In this document: positions 48,878-58,950 of the stretch, piece by piece
How positions within the stretch are numbered: the first letter of the stretch is position 1
How the letters are laid out: each line of letters starts with the position of its first letter
Assembly (NCBI GenBank): GCA_045047115.1
Contig: JASFYR010000011.1
Span: 1 to 63,035 of the forward strand
Origin: Sulfurospirillum sp.
Lineage (GTDB): Bacteria > Campylobacterota > Campylobacteria > Campylobacterales > Sulfurospirillaceae
Length of the DNA stretch: 63,035 nucleotides
Direction of reading: 5' to 3'
Translations under genes and position numbers: made by a program
Notes under the pieces: model-generated
What the model saw: the letters and a program-made list of their open reading frames with translations, nothing else
The model's database searches: none
Told to the model about the DNA's origin: nothing

Positions 48878-49252
48878 AAACTAAGCCAAGAGTTTCGCTC
48901 AGCCCTCATACTTATAACACACGATATAGCGGTAGTTCCTCAATTGTGCGATTATATAGCCGTGATGTATCTAGGCGAGATAGTTGAATATGCCAGTAAA
49001 AAAAAGCTTTTTTCCAATCCAAAACATCCATATACAAAAATGCTCTTCTCAACAGTTCCGGATATTCACACGCCGCTTGCAACACAGAGTGTACTGAAAA
49101 CCGGTGAAATCCAAAGTCCGATAGATTTGCCAAAAGGGTGTTTTTTTCAAAACAGATGTCTGTATAAAGAGGATAGTTGTACTCTGGCACATCCGGATTT
49201 GATAGATAACGGAGATAGGCATATGGTCAGATGTCCGATAGTGCTAAAGTAG
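48878..49252 (+). pseudogene. 3' fragment of an oligo/dipeptide ABC transporter ATPase
   Basis: In frame LILITHDIAVV..LCD..AVMYLGEIVE, P.HPYT..L, GCFF..RC; stop at 48875; no Walker A/B region or RBS. Confidence 0.85.
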
Positions 49253-49315
49253 TGAGATTAATTTACTGTTAATTTATCAATCTTATCATTTCATAACTTA
49301 ATTCAGGAGGAAGTT

Positions 49316-49693
49316 ATGAAAAAGATAGTTTTGGTTTTAGGAGTAGTCGGGCTTTTTAGTATGGTTTTTGCAGCAGATGCACAGACTCTGTTGAAGCAAA
49401 ACGGTTGTATGGTCTGTCATAATATCATGGGTAAAAAAACAGCACCTGCGTTTATGGGAGTAGCCAGACGAAATATAAGGTTTGAAGGTGTAAATGCCAA
49501 AGCAAATATCATAAATAGCATCAAGCATGGCAGTAAAGGCAAATATAGATACTTTCCTGATGCTCAAATGCCGCCATTTCCAAACATAAGTGACGAGGAC
49601 TTAAATACGATAGCAACTTATATACTCTCACTAAACTCAAATCGTCAAAGAGGCATGCGCAAGGGTAAGGGTAGTCAAAAAGGTATGATATAA
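49316..49693 (+). CDS. Class I monoheme cytochrome c
   Basis: Signal peptide, GCMVCH, MPP. Confidence 0.9.
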   Translation: MKKIVLVLGVVGLFSMVFAADAQTLLKQNGCMVCHNIMGKKTAPAFMGVARRNIRFEGVNAKANIINSIKHGSKGKYRYFPDAQMPPFPNISDEDLNTIATYILSLNSNRQRGMRKGKGSQKGMI

Positions 49694-49706
49694 AGGTTTA
49701 AAGCAG

Positions 49707-50366
49707 ATGATAGATATAGCGATGATAGAGGATGATGAGCAGTTAGCAGATATACTTGCCTCTTATCTTGGACAGTTTGATATACAAGTTACTAACTATC
49801 CTGATCCGTTTATAGGGCTTAGTGCCATCAATCTTGAAAGAGATAAGTTTAATCTCATAATTCTTGATTTGACTCTGCCGGGACTTGATGGGGTCGAGGT
49901 TTGTAGAGATTTGGTTAAGCTGGACATTCCTATCATCATATCAAGTGCAAGAAGTGATATAGAAGATAAGATCAAAACCCTCGAAATTGGTGCGGATGAT
50001 TATCTCTCAAAGCCATATGAGCCAAAAGAGCTAGAGCTTCGCATAAAGAGCGTTCTTAGGAGATATGGAGCCAAAAAAAAGAGTGAAGGGCTAAAAAAAG
50101 AGGAGTTGTTTAGAGTAAAATCAAACACGATATATCTGAAGAAGACTCCTTTGGATCTTACTCAAGCAGAGTTTCAAGTTCTCGGTTTGTTGATAGAGCG
50201 AAAAAACTCCATAGTTCCAAGATTTGATATATACGACAGTTGTGATTTTTTCCATAGTGAAGATGCAAGCGGTAGCTTAAATGTTATAATGACCAGAATC
50301 AAAAAGAAGATAGGCAAAAAGTACATAAAGACGATAAAAGGTATGGGGTATAAGCTGGAATGTTAA
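49707..50366 (+). CDS. OmpR-family response regulator
   Basis: IEDD, LDLTLP..DG, GADDY..KP, G.GYK. Confidence 0.93.
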   Translation: MIDIAMIEDDEQLADILASYLGQFDIQVTNYPDPFIGLSAINLERDKFNLIILDLTLPGLDGVEVCRDLVKLDIPIIISSARSDIEDKIKTLEIGADDYLSKPYEPKELELRIKSVLRRYGAKKKSEGLKKEELFRVKSNTIYLKKTPLDLTQAEFQVLGLLIERKNSIVPRFDIYDSCDFFHSEDASGSLNVIMTRIKKKIGKKYIKTIKGMGYKLEC

Positions 50367-51535
50367 AAAAAGAGTCTATATTTTTTATAATCACTCTCTC
50401 TTTTATTGTCTCTATAGTGCTCATTATATCTAGTTTTTATCTGCTAAATAAAAATTTAGAGTTACAAAGATACAAATATGTTGAAAATCGTATCTCATAC
50501 TTTAACCACAGAGCTATTATAGAGGCACTGGGCGATTTGAATGATTTGGGCTATACATATATAGATGATAGAAGAAAAATTCTCAAAAATTCTGAACTGC
50601 TTTACAGTTTTAAAAGAGGCAGAAAAGATATAAAGTATCTAAAATATAATAAAAAATTTTATATCTACTTTGTAACGCCAGGAGGAGAAATCCTGCTTGA
50701 AGATCGAAAACATATAAGCTACAATAAAAAACTCTTTGTTTTAATCTTTCTCATCACTATCGCTACTCTAGTCTCTTTTTATATCGTAGTCATCAAAAAA
50801 CTTTTACCTTTAAAGAGACTGCATCTGCAGGTAAAAAAACTAGCTGATGAAAATTTTGATGTTACGCTGGATATAAAGGGAGATGATGAAATAGCCACAC
50901 TTACAAAAGAGTTTAAAAAGAGTACTCAAAAGTTAAAGGAGTTAAAACTCTCAAGAGATATATTTATCAGAAATATAATGCATGAGCTGAAAACTCCTAT
51001 CACAAACGGTAAGTTGCTTACAACTCTTCTGCCAGATAAAACAAACAAAGAGCTTATGGAAAAAGTCTTTTACAGGATGCAAAATCTCATAGATGAGTTT
51101 TCACAGATAGAGAGATTTTTATCTCTAAAGCAGAATCCGGACTTTAAGAGCTATTTTTTAGAAGATCTGATAGACAGTGCTGTAGATATAAGTTTTTTTG
51201 AGGAGAGAAAAGTTATAAAAGAGTATGAAAACATAAAATTAAGTGTAGATTTCAGGCTCTTTATCATCGCTTTAAAAAATCTCATAGACAATGGTGTAAA
51301 ATACTCCAAAAATCAACAAGTAACTATAAAAACAGAAGATAAAACCATAGAGTTTATAAACAATGCACAAAAACTAAAATACCCACTTGAAAATTATCTG
51401 GAGCCATCATACAATCAAGTTTCAAACAAGCTAAGTCTTGGTATATACATAACAAATTACATCTTAAAATCAAACCATTTTCAGCTAGATTATAGATATG
51501 AGAACGGCCAAAATATATTTATAGTAAAAATATAG
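50360..51535 (+). CDS. Membrane sensor histidine kinase (ArsS/RacS-like, HAMP)
   Basis: 2 TM, GDDEIA, RNIMHELKTPIT, KNLIDNG.KY. Confidence 0.9.
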   Translation: MLKKESIFFIITLSFIVSIVLIISSFYLLNKNLELQRYKYVENRISYFNHRAIIEALGDLNDLGYTYIDDRRKILKNSELLYSFKRGRKDIKYLKYNKKFYIYFVTPGGEILLEDRKHISYNKKLFVLIFLITIATLVSFYIVVIKKLLPLKRLHLQVKKLADENFDVTLDIKGDDEIATLTKEFKKSTQKLKELKLSRDIFIRNIMHELKTPITNGKLLTTLLPDKTNKELMEKVFYRMQNLIDEFSQIERFLSLKQNPDFKSYFLEDLIDSAVDISFFEERKVIKEYENIKLSVDFRLFIIALKNLIDNGVKYSKNQQVTIKTEDKTIEFINNAQKLKYPLENYLEPSYNQVSNKLSLGIYITNYILKSNHFQLDYRYENGQNIFIVKI

Positions 51536-51568
51536 TATAATTTCATCACCTCTATATGTAGGAAAAAT

Positions 51569-52198
51569 ATGACAACTATACTTTTTGATTTGGACGGTAC
51601 TCTTATAGATTCTACGGAGGCTATTTTAGAGAGTTTTGAACAGAGTTTTGGAAGTTTTGATATGAAAACCCCGGATGATGAACTGATAAAGTCACTTATA
51701 GGATATCCACTAGACATCATGTATGCCAAACTTGGTGTGCAGGTGCAAATGATTGACGAAATTATAAATAGATATAAAAAACACTATCGAAAAATCTCAA
51801 GAGAAAAGACTGCACTATTACCATATGCGAAAGAGGCTCTGGAAGAGGCGGGTAGATTTGCAACTTTGGGCATAGTGACTACAAAAACCAAAAGATACTC
51901 CGTAGAATTACTGGAACATATGGAGATAATGAAACACTTTGAAGTACTTATAGGCAGGGAAGATGTACAAAATCCAAAACCTCACCCGGAGCCTGTTATA
52001 AAAGCACTTTCTGAGCTAAAAGCCCAAAAAGAAGATGCATGGATGATAGGCGATACCAAGATGGACTTGCAGAGTGCTAAAAGTGCCGGTATAAATTCTA
52101 TCGGTGTAACTTGTGGCTATGGAAGTGAAAATGAGTTGAAAAGTTTCACCAAAAATGTATATAAAAACTCCTATGATGCGGTAAAATCTATAAAATAA
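51569..52198 (+). CDS. HAD family hydrolase
   Basis: FDLDGTLIDS, KPHPEP, MIGD. Confidence 0.9.
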   Translation: MTTILFDLDGTLIDSTEAILESFEQSFGSFDMKTPDDELIKSLIGYPLDIMYAKLGVQVQMIDEIINRYKKHYRKISREKTALLPYAKEALEEAGRFATLGIVTTKTKRYSVELLEHMEIMKHFEVLIGREDVQNPKPHPEPVIKALSELKAQKEDAWMIGDTKMDLQSAKSAGINSIGVTCGYGSENELKSFTKNVYKNSYDAVKSIK

Positions 52199-52439
52199 AA
52201 TTTTTTCATAAAATTCTCATATTATGATGATAGTATTCTTGGATAAATAAGAAAAATTTTGTTGCTTGGTTGAATGTATATAAAATTTTTTATTTAATAG
52301 ATATATAAATATGAATTTTAATCTTATTTGTATTATTATTGCATATTAATAGATTATTAAGACAATGCTAAGTACAATAAGTTAAGTAAAATCTTAAAAA
52401 TTAAAACTAAAATTAAAACTTAAATAAAGGGGATAGATT

Positions 52440-55400
52440 ATGGCAAAAGTCATGAAGACTATGGATGGAAATGAAGCTGCAGCTTACTCAGCGTATGCTT
52501 TTACGGAAGTTGCGGGCATATATCCGATAACACCTTCTTCTCCTATGGCAGACCATACGGATGTATGGGCAAGTCAGGGAAAGAAAAACTTATTTGGTAT
52601 GCCGGTTAAGTTGGTTGAGATGCAAAGTGAAGCGGGAGCTGCAGGAGCGGTTCATGGCTCACTACAATCAGGCGCATTGACAACAACTTACACAGCTTCT
52701 CAAGGTTTACTGCTGAAGATACCAAATATGTATAAGATGGCAGGACAACTTTTGCCGGCAGTCATACATGTAGCAGCCAGATCTTTGGCAACACATGCAC
52801 TCTCCATATTTGGTGACCATCAAGATATATATGCGACTAGACAGACTGGATTTGCACTTTTGGCTTCAAGTTCTGTTCAAGAAGCTATGGATTTAGCCGG
52901 TGTTGCGCATCTCTCAGCCATAAAAGGAAGAGTACCTTTTTTACATTTTTTTGACGGCTTCAGAACTTCACACGAGATACAAAAAGTTGAAGTTATGGAC
53001 TATGCTGTCTGGGATAGACTCTTAGACAGAGAGGCAGTAGCAAAATTTAGAGAGGAAGCGCTAAATCCTGAAACCCCGAAAACCAGAGGTACTGCACAAA
53101 ATGATGATATATATTTTCAAGGAAGAGAGGCTCAAAACAAGTTTTATGATGCACTTCCTGATGTAGTAGCTGATTATATGGCTGAAGTTTCAAAAGTTAC
53201 AGGTAGGGATTATAAGCCGTTTACATATTATGGGGACCCTGAAGCTGACAGAATTATAGTAGCTATGGGTTCAGTAAATGAAACTGTAAAAGAGACAGTT
53301 GATTACTTAAGAGCCAAGGGTGAAAAAGTTGGTTTGATTGTGGTGCACCTCTATCGACCTTTTAGCGTAAAATATCTGTTTGCCGTTATGCCAAAGAGCG
53401 TAAAAAAGATAGCAGTTTTAGATAGAACAAAAGAACCTGGAAGTATTGGTGAGCCACTATTTTTAGATATGCAGGCTGCATATTATGGCAAAAAAGATGC
53501 TCCTGTTATAGTAGGTGGCAGATACGGTCTTTCTTCAAAAGATACAAATCCTGCACAAATCATAGCTGTTTTCAAAAATCTTGAAGCCAATGAGCCTAAA
53601 AGTGATTTTACTATCGGTATAATTGACGATGTTACATTTAAGTCATTATCGCTTGGAGAAAATATCTCTCTTGGTGGAGAAGGCGTAAAAGAGTGTCTAT
53701 TTTATGGAATAGGAGCTGATGGTACTGTTGGAGCAAATAAAAACTCTGTTAAGATTATCGGTGATAAGACTGACCTTTATGCTCAGGCATATTTTGCTTA
53801 TGACTCTAAAAAATCAGGAGGTTATACAAGAAGTCACCTGAGATTTGGACCAAATCCTATCCGTTCAACCTACCTTGTAACGAGACCTGACTTTGTTGCC
53901 TGTTCGGTTGCGGCATATATGGATGTATATGATATGATTGGCGGGCTGAAAGATGGTGGTACTTTCTTGCTTAACTCTATCTGGGATGCCGAAGAGACAG
54001 CTAAAAGAGTACCAAATAAATTCAAAAAAACACTGGCTCAAAAGCATGCTAAATTTTATGTTATAAATGCTACAAAAATAGCAAGAGATATCGGTCTTGG
54101 AAACAGAACAAATACTATCATGCAAGCAGCTTTCTTTAAACTGGCAAATATAATCGAGTTTGAAAAAGCGAAAGAGTTTATGAAAGAGTTTGCCCATAAA
54201 TCTTACATCAAAAAAGGCGAGGCCATAGTAGAGATGAACTATAAGGCTATCGAGAGCGGAGAGGCTGGGCTTGAAGAGGTAGCAGTAAATCCTGCTTGGG
54301 CAGATTTGGGCGATGAAATCTCTCTTGGGGTTCCAGAAAAATATCCCGGAGATCATTTTATAGAATCAATTTGTAAGCCTATGAATAAAGCATTGGGTGA
54401 TGAACTGCCGGTTTCAGCATTTATGGAGCATGTAGACGGTTCTGCCGAAAACGGCTCTACGGCATATGAAAAAAGAGGTGTGGCTACGATGGTTCCTACT
54501 TGGAATGAAGATACATGTATCCAGTGTAACCAGTGTTCATTTGTCTGCCCCCACTCAGTAATCAGACCATTTTTGATAAATGATGAAGAGTTGGAAATTG
54601 CTCCACAAGGTGTTAAAAACCATGTTATAGATGCAAAAGGCAAAGAGCTAAAAGGATTGAAATATAAAATTCAAATCTCTACACTTGATTGTACGGGATG
54701 CGAGCTTTGTGTTGAAATATGTCCTACAAAAGATAAGTCTTTGGTTATGGTTCCTATTAATCAAGAGCTAGACAATAATGAGCAGGAGAATGCCGATTAT
54801 CTCTTCAAAAAAGTGACATATAAAGATGATTTGGTAAAAAAATCAACTGTAAAAGGTTCACAATTTGCCAAGCCACTATTTGAGTACCATGGAGCATGTC
54901 CGGGATGTGGTGAAACACCTTATATCTCACTTGCAACTCAGCTATATGGTGAGCATATGATGATAGCAAATGCGACAGGTTGTTCATCTATCTATGGTGG
55001 ATCTATGCCTTCAACTCCATATACTACAAATGATGAAGGTCACGGACCGGCATGGGCAAACTCACTATTTGAAGATAATGCTGAGTTTGGTATGGGTATG
55101 CACCTTGCAAATGAGACTATCAGAAACAGAGTAGCAAATATCATGGCAAACTCTATGGATGAAGTGCCAAATGCCTTAGTAGCACTATATAAAGACTTTA
55201 TAGAGTATAAAGATGATAGAGTAAAAACAGCTGAGATAAGAGATAGATTGGTTCCATTGCTGGAAGAAAATCTTGATATCCCCAGTGTTAAAGAGCTTTT
55301 CAGCCTTAAGAAATATATAGCTAAAAAATCACAATGGATTATCGGTGGAGATGGTTGGGCATATGATATCGGTTATGGTGGATTGGATCATGTGAGTGCC

Positions 55401-55997
55401 AGTGGTCAGGATGTAAATATCTTGGTAGTTGATACAGAAGTTTACTCAAACACAGGTGGTCAAAGCTCAAAAGCTTCACAAGCCGGTTCAGTTGCTGAGT
55501 TTACTGCCTCAGGTAAAGCTTTAGCCAAGAAAGATTTGGGTCATATATCTATGACCTACGGTAATATCTATGTAGCCAGTATTAACTCAAATGCCTCTCA
55601 AGCTCATACTCTAAAGGTTATGCGTGAAGCTGAAGAGTTTCCGGGAGTTTCGGTTATCATCGCCTACTCACCTTGTATAGCTCACGGTGTAAAAGGCGGA
55701 ATTGGTAAGTCAGGTAAACAGGCTGATTTGGCAACAAAATGTGGATACTGGCCAACATATACTTATGATCCAAGACTCATGAAAGAGGGAAAAAATCCAC
55801 TCAAAATAGCTTGCAAAGAGCCAGATTGGGATCTATATGAAGAGTTTTTGCTAAAAGAGGTAAGATACAACGCTTTGAAAAAGTCAAATCCAGAACATGC
55901 AGAAGCACTATTTGAGAAAAATAAAAAAGATGCACAGTTTAGATGGAGACAGTTAAAGAGGATAGCTGAAGCGGATTATTCCAACGAAGTAGAATAA
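52440..55997 (+). CDS. nifJ: Single-chain pyruvate:ferredoxin/flavodoxin oxidoreductase
   Basis: 1185 aa; YPITPSS, DGFRTSHE, two 4Fe-4S motifs, GACPGCGETPY, GGDGWAYDIG. Confidence 0.96.
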   Translation: MAKVMKTMDGNEAAAYSAYAFTEVAGIYPITPSSPMADHTDVWASQGKKNLFGMPVKLVEMQSEAGAAGAVHGSLQSGALTTTYTASQGLLLKIPNMYKMAGQLLPAVIHVAARSLATHALSIFGDHQDIYATRQTGFALLASSSVQEAMDLAGVAHLSAIKGRVPFLHFFDGFRTSHEIQKVEVMDYAVWDRLLDREAVAKFREEALNPETPKTRGTAQNDDIYFQGREAQNKFYDALPDVVADYMAEVSKVTGRDYKPFTYYGDPEADRIIVAMGSVNETVKETVDYLRAKGEKVGLIVVHLYRPFSVKYLFAVMPKSVKKIAVLDRTKEPGSIGEPLFLDMQAAYYGKKDAPVIVGGRYGLSSKDTNPAQIIAVFKNLEANEPKSDFTIGIIDDVTFKSLSLGENISLGGEGVKECLFYGIGADGTVGANKNSVKIIGDKTDLYAQAYFAYDSKKSGGYTRSHLRFGPNPIRSTYLVTRPDFVACSVAAYMDVYDMIGGLKDGGTFLLNSIWDAEETAKRVPNKFKKTLAQKHAKFYVINATKIARDIGLGNRTNTIMQAAFFKLANIIEFEKAKEFMKEFAHKSYIKKGEAIVEMNYKAIESGEAGLEEVAVNPAWADLGDEISLGVPEKYPGDHFIESICKPMNKALGDELPVSAFMEHVDGSAENGSTAYEKRGVATMVPTWNEDTCIQCNQCSFVCPHSVIRPFLINDEELEIAPQGVKNHVIDAKGKELKGLKYKIQISTLDCTGCELCVEICPTKDKSLVMVPINQELDNNEQENADYLFKKVTYKDDLVKKSTVKGSQFAKPLFEYHGACPGCGETPYISLATQLYGEHMMIANATGCSSIYGGSMPSTPYTTNDEGHGPAWANSLFEDNAEFGMGMHLANETIRNRVANIMANSMDEVPNALVALYKDFIEYKDDRVKTAEIRDRLVPLLEENLDIPSVKELFSLKKYIAKKSQWIIGGDGWAYDIGYGGLDHVSASGQDVNILVVDTEVYSNTGGQSSKASQAGSVAEFTASGKALAKKDLGHISMTYGNIYVASINSNASQAHTLKVMREAEEFPGVSVIIAYSPCIAHGVKGGIGKSGKQADLATKCGYWPTYTYDPRLMKEGKNPLKIACKEPDWDLYEEFLLKEVRYNALKKSNPEHAEALFEKNKKDAQFRWRQLKRIAEADYSNEVE

Positions 55998-56007
55998 TTA
56001 TAACCAA

Positions 56008-56037
56008 GCGGAGAGTTTAGGCTCTCCGCAACTTTTT
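56008..56037 (+). terminator. Intrinsic terminator after PFOR
   Basis: GCGGAGAG..CTCTCCGC stem then AACTTTTT. Confidence 0.7.
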
Positions 56038-56230
56038 ATAAACCTAAGATTTCCCCTACCTCTTCATTGCTTTTTACGGCATTTGCGCTTTCGTGAATCA
56101 CAGTTGGCAGGCAGGCAGTACATACAAATACCTCTTCACCACCACAAATAGCTTTTACATATACTCTTTTTTGACCATCATCGCTTGCTTTTAGACAAAC
56201 ATTACAAACTTGAACACCATTTTTTTCCAT
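56036..56230 (-). CDS. Small Cys-rich (CxxC...CxxC) hypothetical protein
   Basis: AAGGA RBS before ATG 56230; CNVC and CTAC. Confidence 0.7.
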   Translation of the reverse strand: MEKNGVQVCNVCLKASDDGQKRVYVKAICGGEEVFVCTACLPTVIHESANAVKSNEEVGEILGL

Positions 56231-56317
56231 ACTAAATCCTTTAAATAAAATTTTACACGACATTATAGTTAAAAATTATAAATTTTAGATATAATTTGAA
56301 AAAAATAAGGATTCTAT

Positions 56318-56821
56318 ATGCCACTACTTGATAGTTTTACAGTTGACCATACCAAAATGCCGGCACCTGCAGTCAGGATTGCCAAAAATATGAAAACGCC
56401 ATGCGGAGACGATATAACAGTGTTTGATCTTCGTTTTTGCAGACCAAATAAAGAGATGCTGAGTGAAAAGGGTATCCATACACTTGAGCACCTTTTTGCT
56501 GGGTTTATGAGAGAACACTTAAATGGTGATGGAGTGGAGATTATAGATATATCACCTATGGGATGTCGTACGGGATTTTATATGAGCCTTTTAGGGACTC
56601 CAAAAGAAGAAGAGGTTGCTAAGGCTTGGAGAAAGTCAATGCAAGATATACTTGAAGTCAAAACTCAAGAAGATATACCGGAGTTAAACAGATACCAATG
56701 CGGTTCATATATGATGCACTCCCTAAAAGAGGCAAAGGAGATAGCAAAAAAAATTATAGAACAAGATATTGGGGTGATGAGTAACGAAGAACTAAAACTA
56801 GATCTGTCTAAGATTTCTTAA
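56318..56821 (+). CDS. luxS: S-ribosylhomocysteine lyase
   Basis: [27 protein letters not shown]. Confidence 0.98.
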   Translation: MPLLDSFTVDHTKMPAPAVRIAKNMKTPCGDDITVFDLRFCRPNKEMLSEKGIHTLEHLFAGFMREHLNGDGVEIIDISPMGCRTGFYMSLLGTPKEEEVAKAWRKSMQDILEVKTQEDIPELNRYQCGSYMMHSLKEAKEIAKKIIEQDIGVMSNEELKLDLSKIS

Positions 56822-57215
56822 ACTCTAGTTTTTTGCCAAAGCCCAGAGTATTGTCTGTGAATTTTAGATACTCTATATCTATACGCCACAGCTTTGGATT
56901 TAGGGCTATGGCGTAAGGGTATCTCTTTAGGTAGATTTTTTTCTCGTCACTTTTGGCTTCACCCCAGTTGCCATTAAACTGGATACCCTGAATTTTTCCA
57001 ATCTTTTTAGTCTCAAGGTGTATAGTTCCTGATACTTTTGGATTTTTCTTGGCAAATTTTACATGTAGAGTCTCTTCGTCAGATGCCACGATAAATCTTG
57101 GCGGATTTTCTAAAAAAATATAAAAACAGTTGGCACTATGAAGTTTATCGCGATTGAAAAAGGAGATAGAGATAACATGGTGTTTTTGTATGAAATTGAC
57201 TATCTTTTTATCCAC
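56808..57215 (-). CDS. YhbP/pyridoxamine 5'-phosphate oxidase-like protein
   Basis: [25 protein letters not shown]. Confidence 0.85.
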   Translation of the reverse strand: MDKKIVNFIQKHHVISISFFNRDKLHSANCFYIFLENPPRFIVASDEETLHVKFAKKNPKVSGTIHLETKKIGKIQGIQFNGNWGEAKSDEKKIYLKRYPYAIALNPKLWRIDIEYLKFTDNTLGFGKKLEFKKS

Positions 57216-57591
57216 TGATATTTTGCCCCCATAATATTATCGCATCTATATCTTTTAAAATGAAATATATAACAACACACCAGATGAGCAGAATGACAAA
57301 TTCAGTGAGTAAAAAATTCCTACTTCCAAGTTTGTGCCTGAAGAGCAGAACTCCTAAAAAAATTCCTACAGCCCCACCTATTAGCGAGAAGAAGTGAAAA
57401 GTAAGCTCAGGTACTCTTCTTCTGTCTTTTGTAGAATTTAACTTATCTATGCCAAAGAGTATAAATGAAAAGATATTTATGGAGCCAAAATACCAAACTA
57501 TAACAGGTATGGAAGGCATAAAGGTATTTAGAGCAAATGCACCAAAGGTGAAGAGAAACATAATCAAAATTCTAAAACTATTACAGTACAT
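57208..57591 (-). CDS. DUF1294 family membrane protein
   Basis: N..SF..FGIDK, RVPE..., GG..G, FRHK; start MYCN at 57591 after GGAG. Confidence 0.85.
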   Translation of the reverse strand: MYCNSFRILIMFLFTFGAFALNTFMPSIPVIVWYFGSINIFSFILFGIDKLNSTKDRRRVPELTFHFFSLIGGAVGIFLGVLLFRHKLGSRNFLLTEFVILLIWCVVIYFILKDIDAIILWGQNISG

Positions 57592-57676
57592 AAAAACTCC
57601 TTGTTTTATTTTACCATTTTGTAGCAAAAAAATGGTATAATCCATGCTTACATGCAAAGACAATAGGAGAAAATAT

Positions 57677-58375
57677 ATGACAAATATAGAGTATATAAAA
57701 GAGATGTTTTTACTCCAGCAAAAATTAAACGATGAGACAAATGGGCTAGGCTGGGAGAATGGATACACAAAAAATAATAAGATTATTAATTGGAAAAGAT
57801 GTATATATATGGAATGTGCCGAACTAATAGACAGCTTTAATTGGAAGCACTGGAAAGATATAGACAAGCCGATAGATTGGGAAAATGCAGTCATAGAAAT
57901 AGTAGATATTTGGCATTTTGTTATGAGTCTGGTGTTGGAAGATGGAAAAGTCAATAGAGGAAAAGGCATAGATAGAATGGCTAGAGATGTGACTGATGTA
58001 CAGGGATTTGAGAGATTTACCAAAGAGCCTCAAAGTTTAAAAGATGCACAATCAGCTGAAATTATAAATGATATAGAGAAAATCATACATGAAACTACGG
58101 ATTTTAAAGTAGATATTTATGATAGTTTATTGAAAAATTACTTCTCTTTGGCTTTGAAGTGTGGCGTAAATCTAAAAATTCTATATAAGTACTACATAGC
58201 AAAAAATATTTTAAATGGTTTTAGACAAGACCATGGATATAAAGACGGAAGCTATAAAAAGGTATGGAACGGTAAAGAGGACAATGTCGTGATGCTTGAA
58301 ATCTTGGATGCAAAAGTTCTAGGTGCCGATGAACTATATAAAGAGTTAGACAAGGCTTATGCAGTCATCAACTAA
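57677..58375 (+). CDS. dut: Dimeric (all-alpha) dUTPase
   Basis: E.AELIDS..WKHWK, EIVDIWHF, KN.LN.FRQDHGY.DGSY.K.W.GKEDN. Confidence 0.92.
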   Translation: MTNIEYIKEMFLLQQKLNDETNGLGWENGYTKNNKIINWKRCIYMECAELIDSFNWKHWKDIDKPIDWENAVIEIVDIWHFVMSLVLEDGKVNRGKGIDRMARDVTDVQGFERFTKEPQSLKDAQSAEIINDIEKIIHETTDFKVDIYDSLLKNYFSLALKCGVNLKILYKYYIAKNILNGFRQDHGYKDGSYKKVWNGKEDNVVMLEILDAKVLGADELYKELDKAYAVIN

Positions 58376-58908
58376 TTATAAACTACACTTTTGCTTTTAG
58401 GGGTCTCTAGAAATTCAACTTTTGAGACCTTTATGTCAATTTTACTCATCTTTTTTTGTATGATTTCAAGAAGCCAGGCAGAGATGTTTTCACTTGTGGG
58501 TATAAAGTCAACTATCACATAACCCTCGTACATCTCAAAGATATGTTCAGGTTCATCTTGTATAAAAGCAAAATCTACAGTTTTAAAACCATCATTATGC
58601 TCTATGAGATTTTTTTTGTCCCCAAAATGCGGTAGAAGTATGGCAAAAAGAGGGTCGTTTATATCTATGATGAACTTATGATCAAGGGTATCATCCAAAA
58701 ATCTTTTAAACCAATTCAAATGCCCAAAATCAGTCACCATGCCATCTTTGAGAGTATCGCTTTGAAGATAGATGATTATCTTGCCTTGATGTCCGTGAAG
58801 ATGCCTGCAAGTAGAGCAACTCTTAAGTGCAAACTCTTTATCCAAAACTTGCGTCCAGACTCTGTGACCATAACAAAAATCAAACTCTTTAGAAATCTCC
58901 CAGTACAT
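58372..58908 (-). CDS. queD: 6-carboxytetrahydropterin synthase
   Basis: YGHRV, CRHLHGH, MVTDF, LDH, PTSEN, ET. Confidence 0.88.
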   Translation of the reverse strand: MYWEISKEFDFCYGHRVWTQVLDKEFALKSCSTCRHLHGHQGKIIIYLQSDTLKDGMVTDFGHLNWFKRFLDDTLDHKFIIDINDPLFAILLPHFGDKKNLIEHNDGFKTVDFAFIQDEPEHIFEMYEGYVIVDFIPTSENISAWLLEIIQKKMSKIDIKVSKVEFLETPKSKSVVYN

Positions 58909-58950
58909 ATATAGCCATCCTAAACTTTTATAGGGAGGTATTATACTGTT

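Noticed and set aside
52199..52439. Very AT-rich spacer upstream of PFOR with AAAATTAAAACT repeats
   Set aside because: Typical low-complexity Campylobacterota promoter region; no distinctive structure can be supported.
57592..58023. Long N-terminal extension of the DUF1294 ORF (271 aa in track)
   Set aside because: Antisense shadow of the dUTPase gene; the RBS-supported start is at 57591.
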